IMG/VR virus record: IMGVR_UViG_3300009095_000057
Location: 1 to 28,782 of that record
DNA: 28,782 nt
Source: a virus
Taxonomy: Duplodnaviria; Caudoviricetes
Strand: one strand, 5' to 3'
Positions within the stretch are counted from its first letter, which is position 1; each line of letters begins with the position of its first letter. This document shows, piece after piece, positions 27,528 to 28,782 of the stretch. The translations under genes were made by a program, and so were the position numbers. Under the pieces are notes generated by a model, which made no database searches, was not told the origin of the DNA, and saw only the letters and a list, made by a program, of their open reading frames with translations.

Positions 27528-27550
27528 AATAATTAAAAATTAATGCCATA

Positions 27551-27739
27551 TTATGTAGAAAATTTTTCTATCTCCTTTTCTAAATCATCAATTTTAGACT
27601 GAAATTCATAGATTAAATACTCCATTTCTTCACATTCAGAACAATTCATTGAAAAAGTCTCATACTCTAATTCTTCTAATTTCTTCTTACAATGTCTCAA
27701 TTTAGCTTGTAATGATCTCTTTGTTGGTTTCTTATTCAT
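27551..27739 (-). CDS. Small coiled-coil protein with CxxC
   Basis: 62 aa, A-rich upstream region, two helices around CSEC. Confidence 0.55.
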   Translation of the reverse strand: MNKKPTKRSLQAKLRHCKKKLEELEYETFSMNCSECEEMEYLIYEFQSKIDDLEKEIEKFST

Positions 27740-27972
27740 ATATAGTTATTTTAAATTAGACACACTATCCCCTTTATTATAATTAAACTGTCTAGGTAAT
27801 CCTTTTACCAGTACACCTATTTTCCTTACCCGGAGTATATGAGGTAGTGACCTATAGATCTAATCCCACCCAACCACCCTGCAAGTTAAGGAGAAATCCA
27901 AGTAAAATCAATAAAATTTGTTAGAAATTTTGTAACTCTCTGAGAACCAGAGAGATTATTTTTAGAAAGGAG

Positions 27973-28044
27973 AGGTGGATGTGTGAATCGAACACACTCA
28001 TAATAGTTTTGCAGACTACTACCTTCCCACTTGGCGAATCCACC
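27973..28044 (-). tRNA. tRNA-Cys(GCA)
   Basis: GGTGGAT/ATCCACC acceptor, GTAGT-CTGCAAA-ACTAT anticodon arm, GTGTG-TTCGATT-CACAC, U73. Confidence 0.92.
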
Positions 28045-28050
28045 TTATAG

Positions 28051-28124
28051 TGCAGTATGTCAGGATCGAACTGACTCTTTTCCAACTTGGAAGGATGGCG
28101 CACCACCATTTATGCGTATACTGC
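28051..28124 (-). tRNA. tRNA-Gly(TCC)
   Basis: GCAGTAT/ATACTGC acceptor, CCATC-CTTCCAA-GTTGG, GTCAG-TTCGATC-CTGAC. Confidence 0.85.
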
Positions 28125-28127
28125 GAG

Positions 28128-28198
28128 TACCCAATGATGGAATCGAACCACCTCTCTTTGTATGTAAAACAAAAGCACTTCCGTTATACTAATTGGGC
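28128..28198 (-). tRNA. tRNA-Val(TAC)
   Basis: GCCCAAT/ATTGGGT acceptor, TTTGT-TTTACAT-ACAAA, GGTGG-TTCGATT-CCATC. Confidence 0.85.
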
Positions 28199-28202
28199 AT
28201 TG

Positions 28203-28277
28203 TGGGACAACTTAGAATCGAACTAAGTTCTTCTGTTCTTCAGACAGACGCAGAATCACCAGACTTGCTCTTGCCCC
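28203..28277 (-). tRNA. tRNA-Phe(GAA)
   Basis: GGGGCAA/TTGTCCC acceptor, TCTGT-CTGAAGA-ACAGA, CTTAG-TTCGATT-CTAAG. Confidence 0.87.
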
Positions 28278-28731
28278 TTTTATTTTTACTACCAAATGTA
28301 TCTGTTTGTCTATGACAATTTGGACATAAAAATCTTAAATTTTTTATTGTATTATCTGTTCGGTTTCCATTTATATGATCTATATCTAAAGTTATTTCTT
28401 TTCCCTGCCAATGAGTCAGATCACATTTATTACATTGATAAGGAATCCCTTTTTCTATCATTGCTCTTTTTAATAAGGAATGATTAGCTCTAAAGATATA
28501 ATCGTCCTTTAATATATCATCTGCCCCTTTTCTGCGAATAAATGACGGGTTTCTACTACCTTTATGACTCTTTCCTGTAAAATGACTAGTATCTACATTC
28601 CAAAGAATACATCTTTTTTTAAGAATTTGATAACTATTGCCACTATCAGGACATCCTATTTTTCTACATAATTCAGAAAAATTAATACTGCTTATTGCTG
28701 CTTTCTTTACTTGCTCTATTGTATATTTCAT
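28240..28731 (-). CDS. HNH homing endonuclease within tRNA cluster
   Basis: CNKC..LDIDHINGNRTDN..NLRFLCPNCH. Confidence 0.9.
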   Translation of the reverse strand: MKYTIEQVKKAAISSINFSELCRKIGCPDSGNSYQILKKRCILWNVDTSHFTGKSHKGSRNPSFIRRKGADDILKDDYIFRANHSLLKRAMIEKGIPYQCNKCDLTHWQGKEITLDIDHINGNRTDNTIKNLRFLCPNCHRQTDTFGSKNKRGKSKSGDSASV

Positions 28732-28757
28732 AGACCATCTATGTTATAGTTCCATAG

Positions 28758-28782
28758 TAGCGAAGGAGGGAATCGAACCCAC
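28758..28782 (-). tRNA. 3' end of a further tRNA, truncated by the window, identity unknown
   Basis: GTGGG-TTCGATT-CCCTC T-arm followed by CTTCGCT-A acceptor strand. Confidence 0.75.

Noticed and set aside
27493-27549. N-terminal extension of the wHTH ORF given in the track
   Set aside because: It spans a consensus promoter and reads as low-complexity AT-rich sequence; the internal ATG at 27492 is more plausible.
27921-28109. 62-aa minus-strand ORF
   Set aside because: Overlaps tRNA-Gly and tRNA-Cys almost entirely, with no protein-like features.
2489-28487. Plus-strand and nested ORFs in the track (2489, 3317, 13105, 13612, 14178, 14554, 18814, 19423, 20680, 21090, 21313, 24702, 26627, 28296)
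   Set aside because: All are shadows of well-supported minus-strand genes; the poly-Val ORF at 3317 is simply the antisense of the Thr tracts.
1-28782. Stop-codon reassignment (TAG or TGA recoding known in some crAss-like phages)
   Set aside because: All long genes are intact in code 11, TGA is used as a real stop (15843, 26187, 28240), and no suppressor tRNA is in the window. The muzzle break is a TAA followed by separate genes, not readthrough.

Overview
AT-rich window from a crAss-like (Crassvirales-type, podovirus) phage, most likely infecting Bacteroidota. All genuine genes lie on the minus strand. Reading in transcription direction: a tRNA cluster (partial tRNA, HNH endonuclease, Phe, Val, Gly, Cys), small regulatory and DNA-binding genes, terminase large subunit, portal, an HExxH protein, scaffold, major capsid protein, a second free-standing HNH, a structured intergenic region with a degenerate tRNA(CAU), then gene75-like, ring, auxiliary capsid, tail hub, fibre, metallophosphoesterase, ring, IHF-like, tail tube and muzzle genes, ending in a partial cargo/ejection gene. 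Family names rest on recalled motifs and synteny with crAss001/phi14:2, not on database searches. Most unusual points: (1) the muzzle gene appears split, its N-part ending in Cys-peptide repeats with poly-Thr linkers, while its C-part and an intervening gene share a Cys-containing N-terminal domain, suggesting a peptide/domain docking system; (2) a terminated 3'UTR hairpin whose loop is antisense to an AAACCAA motif found at several start codons; (3) a structured RNA plus tRNA-like element after the capsid gene; (4) an HNH gene whose stop codon lies in the tRNA-Phe anticodon loop.
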